In this document: piece after piece, positions 1-10,804 of the stretch | How positions within the stretch are numbered: position 1 is the first letter of the stretch | Layout of the letters: each line of letters opens with the position of its first letter | Assembly (NCBI GenBank): GCA_964270895.1 | Contig: OZ185449.1 | Reading direction: 5' to 3' (one strand) | Origin: Podarcis filfolensis | Taxonomy: Eukaryota | DNA length: 64,000 bases | Translations under genes and position numbers: made by a program | Notes under the pieces: generated by a model | Seen by the model: the letters and a program-made list of their open reading frames with translations, nothing else | Told to the model about the DNA's origin: nothing | The model's database searches: none

Positions 1-518
1 TTGTTATTCACCCCACACACGTGGGTCACAGGGATTCATATTTTTCCTCCCACGGTCTACTCCTACTCTTGTTCCTGATCTTTATTCCCCCATTGTTCAT
101 AATGTAGATATTCACTCACCCCTTCTTTCCTGGCAGGGAAAGGCGATGCAATTTTGTGTTTCACCTCAGGTGCAAAAATGTCTTGGGCCAGCCCTGCTGC
201 TACCTCAGTTCATGTCTGCACAGCCCACAAACCTGATATATACCTTACTTTGCTGTGTCATTTCTTCCGCTTTTTGACTCAGAGGAACGGTGGCTGCATT
301 CACAGTTGGCTCTGCCTGCCACTGGTTGCCAGCTATTAATATGTTTGTCATAAGTATTTGAAACCTGTGAAAATGCCAGGTTTCACAGTGACTCAGAGCA
401 AAGATGCAATTGGACTTAGCAATGAGAGCGATCACCTTGAATATCCTCTGGCACCAAAGCACCTGTCTTCTTCAGCCCAAGTAAGTCGTGTCCATTTCCA
501 TTAGGTTCACCAGATTCA

Positions 519-784
519 CAGGAAGCTGTTTCATATTGAATCAGACCATTGGTCCATCTTGCTCAGTATTGTCTACCTTGAATGGCAATGGCTCTCCAGG
601 CTTTTGGGTAGGGCTCTCTCCTAGTTGCCTTATGCTGAGTCAGACAAGTGGTCTATTTAACTCAGTATTGTCTACGCTGACTGGAGTGATTTCATTTCTA
701 GCCTACCTGGAGGTGCTGGGGATTGAACCTGTGACCTTCTGCATGCAAGGCAGATGTTCTACCACTGAGCCACAGGGCTTCCCC
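519..784 (-). mobile_element. tRNA-Ala-like SINE with CR1-type tail (two partial copies in tandem)
   Basis: Minus strand reads as a tRNA-Ala(TGC)-like head (gctcagtggtagaacatctgccttgcatgcagaaggtcacaggttcaatcccc). The 3' body (ctcagtattgtctac..tgact/aatggc on +) occurs twice, at about 519-625 and 625-690. Confidence 0.8.
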
Positions 785-1644
785 TCACTCTTCCTTCAAA
801 AGTGTCCTGTTGGTGTCTGCTCTGCCGGTAGTTTTCCATGAGAGACCTCTTTTGTTATGACCCCATTACCCTTTCACATGCTTCTGTGGTACTTACCTAC
901 ATTTTATACATAATGTAATTAGTTCATAGAACTTTTTTTTAACAGCTATTTCCCCATCTAGAACTGGTGAAAAACATCCCCGACTACCACTGCACTCTGA
1001 AGATCCTGGCACAATAAGATTCTAAAGCCATGTGAACATTCGCCTGTTGGTGAGTAACGGTTGTGAAGCGCTACAGATTTTATCAATGCAAAGGGCATTT
1101 TCAAAGCTGAAGTGGTATTCAACGAGACCTTTCCTCCCACAGCATCTGATGTTGTTTGCCCTTAATTGCATCTCTTATGCACGCCAGCCTCTTATTTATG
1201 ACAACAGGATGATAATCAACATAAAAAGCCATTGAGCTAATACTAAGTGTGCTGAATATAACCCAAGGCAGGGAAGGAGACAAGTGGATCAAGAAGCAGC
1301 TCCTGCTCCTATGACATCTGGCAAATGCAAGAGATTAATTCTCCATGTCTTTAGGCTCTCGAAGAGTGCTATAGATGAAGAAATGGCTGGTGCTTATTGA
1401 TAAGACATCTGCTAACTTTTGTTTCCTGGGGAGTATGCTGGAATGAATGAAGCGAAGAAGCTGTCTCAGCTGCAATTACCTGGATGATTTTTGGTTTGGT
1501 TTGTTTAAGTGGAGAGGAGAACAGGAATGATTTCAGCCTAGCAAGGTGCTTCTGCAATCGTAACTCCACAATTCTTACAGAGCTGGTAAACCGTTCATCT
1601 GATATACCAGTAGGAAACTCATTCATCCAAGTACCTATCCTTCT

Positions 1645-1800
1645 GTAGCATCTCAGGTTAGGTTCAATCTCCAGCATCTTCACGCATGTCTTGGGAGAGA
1701 CTCCTGCCTAAAATCCTGCACAGCCACTGCCAATCAGTGTGTACATACTGAGCTAGATGGGTCAATAGTCTCAGTATAGGGCAGCTCCCTGTGTTTCTAA
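1645..1800 (+). mobile_element. tRNA-Ala-like SINE, 5'-degraded
   Basis: ggttcaatctccagcatct...gggagagactcctgcc...tactgagctagatgggtcaatagtctcagtatagggcagctccc matches the body of the other copies. Confidence 0.7.
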
Positions 1801-3072
1801 GTCATCACTTAAATCTTGGCTGTGAAAAATGCTCAGGTGAACAGCTAGGTTTTTTGCATGCACCAGAACATTGTCACAGATGGAGCCCATTGTACCTTAG
1901 CGGGAGGTGGCTCTGGAGGCTGGACAGAACAGGACTGCCCCCTGGTCATTAGAAGATGTACCTGCACAGGTGCTGGAACAACCTTATTTGCAGATCTCAG
2001 TGGATGAACTGGACTATAGGGGAGAAGACAGTTGATGAATTAAGAGGGCCCCAAGTTGTATAAGGCTTTAGATGTCAGTAGCAACACCCCAAATTAGGCT
2101 TGGTAGCAAATGGGCAGCTTAGAGACTTGGGAATCTCTGCCAAAACTCCATTGTTTTTTAATTTACCACAAAGCAGGCATATTTATTTATGTAAATTGAA
2201 GCTAATGGCAATAGATGGGCTTCTCTTAATGTTGACAAGGTACACCTAAGTGGGAAGACAGACCTAATTTCATTTCCACTGGACAGCAATATTTATGAAT
2301 TTTAATGGTTTTGTGTCAAAAGTTTGATACACAAATTATGAGAGTGTTACTTAAACAAGGCCACATTTTTAATTAAGCAGGAACCTGAAACCAGCAAGCT
2401 AGCTGAGCAATTTGCAAAAGAAAAAAAAGAAAGAAAAAATGTGATAAGGGAAATATTTTACCATTGGGATTTAATAGCTACTTTTTCTGTTTTGTTTATT
2501 GCTTTGTCAAGTTAGTTTTACACCTAGCAGAAGGTTATATGCAATTTTATGGAAAATGTGTTTCTATATTTCATTTTTAAAAAAAAATTAGTTAGTTCCC
2601 TAATGCACAAGAAAATAAATTATAGGAGTGAGTGAACTGGAAATATCTGCAAATTAAAGAGAAAGTGGAAAATAGCTCCTTTTATTACTTGATTAGATTA
2701 TATTGGAGTTTGTCCCTTTTTATATGTAGATTTGTGCTTTTTTATTTCTGGTGCACATTTAGATTCAAATTAATTGTGTTAAGTAGGATTCAATTCTAGT
2801 CTCTTAGTGTTAATTCCATGTTTATTGCCTGTTACATTCTCATATTAAGCTTGATCATTGTAGGTGCGAAAGTGGGACCTTTTTTCTTTTTCTTTTCTTT
2901 TTTCCTTTTGCCAATCTTGTAAGCCAACCTTGACTTGTCTGACTTTGTAAGGGAGTGGGTGGGATACTTTTTTATAATAAGGGCTCAGAGGCAGATCTAC
3001 TAGGAAACTAATAAAGCTTCAGGACTCTTAATCCCAGAGGGGCCCAGAAGTGAATTTATTCATGTATGTATA

Positions 3073-3297
3073 CAGTGGAACCTCGTGTTATGTACTGTCC
3101 TCCTTGTGAACACTGCGGGTTACAAGCTCCGCTAACCCGGAAGTAGATGCCCCTTGTTGCGAACTTTGCTCTGGGATGCGAGCGGAAGTCGTGCCCCGGC
3201 GGTGCGGCAGCAGCGGAAGGCACCATTAGCAAAAGCGTGCCTCGGGTTATGAACAGACCTCCAGAACGGATTAAGTTCATAACCGGAGGTACCACTG
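3073..3297. mobile_element. Tc1/mariner (Tigger/pogo-like) MITE
   Basis: Terminal inverted repeats CAGTGGAACCTCGTGTTATG / CATAACCGGAGGTACCACTG (17/20). TA on both flanks (3071-3072, 3298-3299). Confidence 0.9.
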
Positions 3298-3430
3298 TAT
3301 AACATTTCCTTAATTTTCACTCCCCTTCATAACTTGGAAAATATAGGGCATAGGAAATATTTATTCACACCAGTGACTTCGACATGTGAGATAATCCAGT
3401 ACAGCAATTTTGATCAAAATCAGAGGTATA

Positions 3431-3777
3431 AAGTTAAAGGTAAAGGGACCCCTGACCATTAGGTCCAGTCGTGACCGAATCTGGGGCTGCGGCGCTCATC
3501 TTGCTTTATTGGCCGAGGGAGCCGGCGTACAGCTTCCGGGTCATGTGGCCAAACCGCTTCTGGCGAACCAGAGCAGCACACGGAAATGCCATTTACCTTC
3601 CTGACAGAGCGGTACCTATTTATCTACTTGCACTTTGAAGTGCTTTTGAACTGCTAGGTTGGCAGGAGCAGTGACCGACCAATGGGAGCTCACCCCGTCG
3701 CAGGGATTTGAACCGCCGACCTTCTGATCGGCAAGTCCTAGGCTCTGTGGTTTAACCCACAGTGCCACCTGCGTCCC
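3431..3777 (-). mobile_element. Sauria SINE, near full length
   Basis: Reverse complement starts GGGACGCAGGTGGCACTGTGGGTTAAACCACAGAGCCTAGG and ends in an (ACCTTT)n-type tail. Degenerate TSD aatcagaggtata (3418-3430) / aattggaggtata (3778-3790). Confidence 0.95.
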
Positions 3778-4072
3778 AATTGGAGGTATAATAGTTGGAG
3801 GTATAAATAAAATGTGGTGATCTCTTGTGGAACAACCCCAGAAGAAGGCAACAGTGATTACCCAGATCAGGCCCCCAGAACAGTTCAAGCTTCAGGTCCC
3901 CCAAAATGCAGATCTGCATTCCTTCAGGGGGAATCTCTCAGGGATGCATAGGAGGGTGGGTTGGGGCTGTAGATGAGACCTGAGCTGACAGTGCACCACC
4001 CATTTTCTTTAAGCTATTCTCTTTTTCTCACAAACTTTGCTTACCAGTTTCTCCCCCCCCTTCTTCTCCTTC

Positions 4073-4272
4073 ATTGAATTTATATACCGCCCTATACCCA
4101 GAGGTCTCAGCGCAGTTCACATAAAAGGATCACAGTATATAAAATAAAAATAAAAGTAATAACCCAATAATACCGTCCCACCAAAAGAACCACATTTTAA
4201 AAGGGTATGGGATGTTGATCAAGTCAACCAAAGGCCTGGTTAAAAAGGAACTTCCTTGGGGAGAGCATTCTT
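4073..4272 (-). mobile_element. L2-type LINE 3' end remnant
   Basis: tttatataccgccctataccc.gaggtctcag.gcagttcaca...aaaggcctggttaaaaagg. A related piece lies at about 45085-45170. Confidence 0.6.
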
Positions 4273-4418
4273 TATCCCCTTCTCTCCCACTTTCCTCTTG
4301 TATCATCCCCCCTTACTCCCTCTCTTCCCTACTTTTCTCTTTCATGTTACTTCTCCCCTTATTTCTCTTTCCCCATTTCCCTGTTAGATAACCCCCGCCA
4401 TGAGCACAGCAATGCAGC

Positions 4419-4556
4419 AATCATAGAACCATCATAGAATTGTAGAGTTGGAAGAGGGTCCTGAAGGTCCTCTAGTCCAACCCTGTGTAATGTAGGGATC
4501 TTTCTACCCAACATGGGGCTCGAACCCATGGCCCTGAGATTAAGAGCCTCATGCTC
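4419..4556 (-). mobile_element. tRNA-Lys-like SINE with CR1 tail
   Basis: Minus strand gagcatgaggctcttaatctcagggccatgggttcgagcccca resembles tRNA-Lys(CTT). Tail ...ccaactctacaattctatgat is a CR1-type 3' end. Confidence 0.8.
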
Positions 4557-5060
4557 TTCCCTGATGTGAGCAGGGAAGCTTGCAAGATGGACCCATTGAT
4601 GCCACTGGCCAGCAGTTCCCCTTCACTGCAGTGAGGGCCCTTGCAGTCAGACTCTGACATCTTGCACAATTAGTGCCCTGATTCACTCGCAGAGTTTTGT
4701 CCTTTGAGGGCAGCTCCCTGCACTGGAGTACTAGCCTACCTGTGTAATTGTCAGCCAGCTATTGAGGACCATTTTTTGCTGACTTCAGGCCCTATAAAGC
4801 CCAGCTTTTGGAGCTTGCTTCTCTGAGTAAGTTGATTCTGGTGCGAGTACATTGAACGGTCGCTTTAGAACCATCACATCTCAGCTTTTTCAGCCAAGAT
4901 ATGAATGAGCCTCCTGCATCTGCACCCAGCTACCTTGCTCCTCACCTGGTGTAAATGGGGAAACAAGCCAAGTAGCTCCAGTAAACTATGCCTCCCCATT
5001 ACACCTGGAAACTATGGCAAAATAAGACAGAAAGGCAAAGATGTTAGGTCAACTTTATAT

Positions 5061-5151
5061 CATAGCTGTCAACGTTTCCCTTTTTTAAAAGGGAAATTCC
5101 CTTATTCTGAATAGGATTCCTCGCAAGAAAAGGGAAAAGTTGACAGCTATG
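5061..5151. mobile_element. 91-bp hAT MITE
   Basis: TIRs CATAGCTGTCAAC / GTTGACAGCTATG (13/13, extending to 23/24). Perfect 8-bp TSD CTTTATAT (5053-5060, 5152-5159). Confidence 0.92.
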
Positions 5152-5736
5152 CTTTATATCCTAGCTTATTCACAAGTCGTCATTTCCTGGTTCAGATGTG
5201 ACAAGAAGCTATCAGCTGTGGCTTCCTGGGTGGTTTGCAGCACACACAAAGGAAGAAGTGGCTGTATGCAGATGCATGAAGCTCATTCATATCTTGACTT
5301 ACTAAGCAGAGATGTGATCATTCAAGTACAGCTGTTGCTTCTAGTCCCTCTGATTGCTTCCTAGGTATCAAGGATTGATGCTTAGACCTTGGGCTGCTTT
5401 ACATAGGACACCTGCTTCTGACCCACTTGGATGGACAGCCTGTCTTTCCTGGGCCCTGACCTCTGCCAAGGCCTGATGAACCTTAACTTCTGGAAATTAA
5501 GCTAAGGTTGAAATCAAGCTTTGTGTCTTATGACTCTTATGGAAATGCAGGCTAGGCAATTGCAGTTTATGTATAGGAAATTTTTTAATTTTTAATACAT
5601 TATTCTGTTTTTGTATATGCTAGAAGCTGCCCAGAGTGTCTGGGGCAAAAGCAGGTCTCCCTGTTGCCCAAGGCAAGAAGCACACTTGATCAGAAGCTTC
5701 TATAAATGTCATGGAATATTATGTGACCTTTTCGTT

Positions 5737-5906
5737 GGGGCTGAAGGGCTGCAGCTCAGTGACAGAGCGTCTTTCTTGCCTGCAGAAGGTCCCAGGTTCA
5801 ATCCCTGGCATCTACAGTTGGTGCCTGCATCTGCAGAACTACAACCAGTCCCTGTATACAATCCTGAACTCAATGGACCAGTATAAGGCAGCTTCCTGTG
5901 CTCCTA
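5737..5906 (+). mobile_element. tRNA-Ala-like SINE
   Basis: gcagctcagtgacagagcgtctttcttgcctgcagaaggtcccaggttcaatccctggcatct...ggaccagtataaggcagcttcctgtg. Confidence 0.8.
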
Positions 5907-6114
5907 TGATCTGGTCTATTGGTGGAACAAAACACCATAACTTACTTATTTTTAGCCCTCTTCTTGGGCCAGAGCTGGACAGTAGAGCACAGGATAGCAT
6001 CTCTCTGGTCACAAGTTTCCTCAGTGTGCACTGGAAGCTGGATCCAGTGAATGCAGAAGGCCACTGGGTCTGGGCCTTCCCCCCTGCACCTAGTTTGCAT
6101 CCAGATAGTCATCA

Positions 6115-6275
6115 GGAGAAACTCGATTTAGTGGTAGGACAGGCGGTTTGCCTGCAGAAGGTCCCAAGTTTGATCCACAGCATCTTGAAATAAGGCAGGG
6201 AAAGAACTCTGCCTGAAACGGGAAAACATGATGAGTTGCTACCAGCGAGTGTAGGCAGCTGGCAGTTTCCTAGGT
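6115..6275 (+). mobile_element. tRNA-Ala-like SINE, degraded
   Basis: gcctgcagaaggtcccaagtttgatcc...gggaaagaactctgcctgaaac. Confidence 0.65.
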
Positions 6276-6297
6276 TCCCAGTCCTGTGAAGAGACCC

Positions 6298-7160
6298 TTG
6301 TCAGAACTGACATGAGTTGGAAGTCAAAACAAGAAATATATGACTAGCATACTCTGAGCATACTCACCAACCAAGAATGCCACTTTTAAATATGACCATG
6401 CAAGGCATGTCACCCTCAATCAAAATGTTCGGCTTGATGATTGTGAAGTTTAATAGCTAGATTAAGCCAATTAATTTCCCCCCCTCTGTTGAGTTAGTCA
6501 GTAGGGAATATTTTTTAATCAGTGTGTCTGAGAATTAAGGGCATGTTTGTTTACTTAGTTTGGGTTCTGATATGTTATCTCAACTGGGATTTTTATTTTT
6601 ATTTTTTAAAGAGAGAGCTTTCCATCATATGATGAGAGCTAGCTTTTGTTTATCAACTTTTATGCTCTTTCCCTTCTTTCATCATCTGGAAGAGGCACCT
6701 GTAGGGATCTTTCATTACTATACAGATGTATTTAAATGCAATTGACCAGCTAAATTCTTTGATTGATGGACAGTCTTACTGTATAGTCAAGGATTGCCTA
6801 TTTGCAAACTAGTCAATTGGAAATAAATGGTTTTTTGTTTTTTTAAATATGTGTGGAGTCTTTGCACAGGGTGATTGCAACCAATATCACTTCTGGGACA
6901 GAGTGAATTTAACTCCCCATATGATCTTATTTGAAAACATTCAGCGTCCCTGTTGGGTCGAGTTGAGTCTCTTGCAGGCGCCATCCTAATTTTCCTGTCA
7001 CTGAGCTGAAGCTTTGATTGAGGGTGACATCCCTTTCCAAGGACAACTTTAAAAGTGACATTCTTGGATGGCAATTGCCAGTCACCAGCTCAGAGTATGC
7101 TAGTCATATATTCAGCAGAGCTGTGGGGCTTTGACTCCCAACTCATTTCACTTCTGACAA
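6298..7160. repeat. Long imperfect inverted repeat (arms 6298-6424 and 7013-7160)
   Basis: Three aligned blocks: 28/31; 25/25 (aatatatgactagcatactctgagc); and about 54 bp ccaagaatg.cacttttaaa...atgtcaccctcaatcaaa. No arm similarity inside the spacer. No TSD found. Confidence 0.85.
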
Positions 7161-7318
7161 ATACTTTACAAGGGAATTATTTGCAGGGGTACGACGCGTG
7201 ATGGACTTGAACTGGTGTCAAGGAGATTGCATTAAAGCTGGCTATACCCTTCTGCTGCAATCATGCTGACCTTACTGAGTATAATGATTCAACCCATATG
7301 CTTCAAATCCTTGCATAA

Positions 7319-7321
<3 letters not shown>

Positions 7322-7361
<40 letters not shown>
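7322..7361. repeat. (TG)20 microsatellite
   Basis: Direct reading. Confidence 0.98.
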
Positions 7362-7363
<2 letters not shown>

Positions 7364-9234
7364 AGTGTTTTCTCATGTAAAAGAAATAGGGAAAGGTCGA
7401 TCACCAATAAACATCTGAGGTCACAGAAACTAATTTCAGTTTATGAAGACAAAAAACAAGCTCAGCCAGTTCCTTTCTGTTCCCAGCACACATGCACAAC
7501 AGGGAAAGCTGCATGTGCCATGCCACCCTCCAGGGCTGATTTGCACTTTGATGTATTTATTATGCATGTGTATTATATGTGAAGAGATGCAAGTGCCATC
7601 TTCAAACACTTTGCATTTAGTTCAGAAGCTAATTAGCTCTGAGAATCTGTGTTTAAAAATAATTAGTTAGAGTTGCTTCAAATGTCTGATTGACCAATAT
7701 GCGCCCCCCCTCAAATAACCCATGCTCACAATTCAGCAGAGTTCAAGGGATTGCAGTTCAGCTCAGAGCTCAATCCTGTATTGCACTGGCAGGCAGCAGA
7801 CTAATATTAGGGAGCCCATCTTTAAAGGTTCAGTGAGGAGCCTGAAGCTTAGTGCTTGGAACCTAGCCTGGTGATCAGCCCTGGACTGTGTGTACCAAGG
7901 CCCCAGAGATCTCTTCAGGCATAACAGGGGAAATGCTGGCCTCTGAGATTAACCCAACCCGTCTCTTGGAGCACTGGGCTTTGGGAGGTACTAGATGCAG
8001 GGCAGTAGTTCCTGTTCTGGGAGTGGGTGGTACAGAGAAGGGGGCATGGCAGGAGTATTTTTACATGCTGAAATATTTTTGCAGCAGGTTCAGATTATAA
8101 ATTATGTTGTTCTTTGTGCTTTAGGAATGCTGGAAAGAGATTATGAACCTGCTTCATAGGCAAAGAAGTTCAGGTTTGTGATGTACCATGATTCAGCCTG
8201 AGATCCTTGAGGTCATTGTGCAGGCACCCCTAATAAGAAGCCGCTTAAGTCTGCATGAGGAGAGGAGGAGAAATAGACAGCATAGTTCATTCTGGCTACA
8301 GCGTGGTTCCACCACTCCGCAAAGTCAGTCTCTTGCTTTCTCCTGAACTGGCTGGGTTATAAGGTCAGCCACAATTACTTGACTGGGCAGCAACCTATCT
8401 GCTCTTGTGTGCAGCGCATCAGCATTCCTACCTGCTGCTGGCATACTGGCTAAAATTTATTAACAGTAAAGGCTGGTTCATTGGGGCAACTCAGTTCAGA
8501 GACTGGCACTGTCAGTTGGCCTTTTCACTTTAGTCTCTGTGTTGCCCTCTGCAGGGAGGAGGATGACTCTGTTGCCACCTACTTTAGGGCTCCCTGTCTT
8601 CTGCCCGAACAGTCCCAATGGGCACCGACAACCACATTTAATTAAGATAAATTAACTGGAAAAGCATCCACTTACTTTGTGCACCGTGTCAACGTAGAAC
8701 ACAAGCTGCCTTGTAGGCAACCATGGCAGCCTCATTATTCTTAAACCTTAACTGTTTTTTTAGGTCTGACCTTTGCATTCTGGAAAAAAAAATTTTGTTT
8801 GGTTTTATTTCTTTTAAAAAATGGATTTGGCTCATCTCTATGTGTACCAACAGAGCCCAGAAGGAATGATAAGGCAGTCTGAAATAATCGTATAGTTTAC
8901 ATGCAATTGCACACGAAAGAGAGAAAGGTCACCGCTGCATCTTAATTCGATATTCGGAGAAAATAAGTGTGGGGTTTCCATAGCACTGATGAATGCACAT
9001 CACACAGGGTTGACTTACAAATCCCCTCTGCCATGTGAAAAGATACAAGATTGCACACTCCCCCTCCCTGACTTCCAAAAATGAGGAAAAGGCAATGCAT
9101 ACTGAGAGTTCTGAAAACATAAAGAGGGAGTAGATCATCGCTTTCGGCAGAAAAACAACTACTAGAAAATGGAAAAGGCTGTGGCAGAGGAAACCTATTC
9201 ATTTTCTCATAATTCTATGAAACGGGTTACCCAG

Positions 9235-9300
9235 AGAAATTAACTGGCAGTAGGTTCAGGCTAGACATGAGGAAGTGCTGCTCTAGACAACGCAAAATTA
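9235..9300 (+). mobile_element. Old CR1 RT C-terminal remnant
   Basis: Translates KLTGSRFRLDMRKCCSRQRKIK, resembling the CR1 motif KLxGxRFRxDxRKxFFTQR. Confidence 0.55.
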
Positions 9301-9914
9301 AATCACAGGCTTCATTAGCAGGAGATGTGGTGATGGGCACAGATGGCGTTTTGCTGCTTTAAAGAAGGCCGAAATCAGGGGTAGGAAATTGCAGACCCAC
9401 TTGCAGCACCCCCACCCCCCACCCCAGGGGGCAAAGTCCCAAGAGCAGCCCCAGATGTAAACAAACTTGATAATATAATGTTACAGGATTTAAAACTGGC
9501 CACAGCTTTATTGATTACGATGTAGGTAGGCTTTTGCTCAGGCACTGGGTATATATCCATTTTCAGCCTCCTGATGGAGCGCTGATGTCATGCCTGGGAT
9601 ATGGACCACGCCAAGATGCTCTTCTGATGTTCCTTTGTGAACCTCCCTGAGATCTTCAGATGAAGGGTGGTATACAAATTTAACAATAATAAATAATGTT
9701 GAATAGTCATGCCTACCCTTTTCTCTCTTCCCTCCCTTCCTCTCTCCTTTCACCCCATCCCTCCTTTTCTCCTCCTAGACTGGAGTTGGGTCTTTTATGT
9801 AGAAGGGCATTTGTCTGCTTCTTGCTCTTCTATCCCCCCCATTCTCCCCCGTTTTCTTTTTTAAATAAATTGCATTGCCATGTACTTCGGACTTCTTAGT
9901 GCTGTCTCATCATA

Positions 9915-9917
<3 letters not shown>

Positions 9918-9959
<42 letters not shown>
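9918..9959. repeat. (CT)21 microsatellite
   Basis: Direct reading. Confidence 0.98.
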
Positions 9960-9963
<4 letters not shown>

Positions 9964-10413
9964 ATGGGAGGTGCCCAAACAGTAGAAGGTTGAAAGCAAA
10001 TCAGAAGAAAAACAAAAAACAACAACACATTTCATCAGATGTGTCCCCATACTCAGCCACCGTATCCCATCCATTAGAAACTACACTAGCATAATTAAAT
10101 ACAAAAGACACACACAGAGAGAAAGAGAAACCAGTAGAGAGAAGTGCAATGAAACAAAACCAATAATAATAACAACAGTAATAGCCAGACTAGGGTGCAT
10201 AAAATAGAGGACACCACAGAAAGAAAGAAAAATGAGAGGAAAAGAGAATGAAGGAAAGGAGAAAAGAGAGAGGGGGAAACACACATACTCTCTGTCTGTG
10301 TATAGTGCAGAGTCATATAGTTGAAAATAGGTTGTACAGGGGGATCTTATCTCCAGCCAGTTCATTCCGGTAGCTTATTTTTTTAAAAGGTTCACTAAAG
10401 AAAATTGGCCAGT

Positions 10414-10754
10414 AACAGATAAATTGCATGAAAAGGACAATAGAGACTTTAAAAATGAATGGGAATCTTTTACAATTTATTTACAAAAACGACTTAAAGA
10501 ATTGGACTCACTGGCAGGTTTTGAATAAACACCCACAATTTTATTTAATTAAAACATGGAGGAAGGTAATGTAATGACATTTTATGTACATTAACATGCG
10601 GAAGATAACAATTTTTGTAACAAACCAGAAAGGAAGAAATGAGGGAAGTCACCAGGGGCAGGGGGGGGGGGTGGGGAGAGAGAATGAAAAATGTAAAATT
10701 GGACAATTGTTATTTGTAATTTGTTATAAAAGAGGAAATTTAATAAAATATTGA

Positions 10755-10800
<46 letters not shown>
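10414..10800 (+). mobile_element. 5'-truncated L1 LINE (ORF2 end, 3'UTR, tail)
   Basis: Translates DKLHEKDNRDFKNEWESFTIYLQKRLKELDSLAGFE*. G-rich 3'UTR, AATAAA, (GAAA)n tail. 14-bp TSD gaaaattggccagt (10400-10413) / gaaaactggccagt (10801-10814). Confidence 0.8.
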
Positions 10801-10802
<2 letters not shown>

Positions 10803-10804
10803 AA
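10753..10804. repeat. (GAAA)13 microsatellite
   Basis: Direct reading; occupies the L1 tail position. Confidence 0.98.

Noticed and set aside
5711-6193. 160-aa plus-strand ORF
   Set aside because: Runs through two tRNA-derived SINE copies; the repeated LQKVP peptide is the SINE head.
8083-8153. Possible pre-miRNA hairpin (agcaggttca ... tgaacctgct)
   Set aside because: Only 10 bp pair; the stem does not extend.
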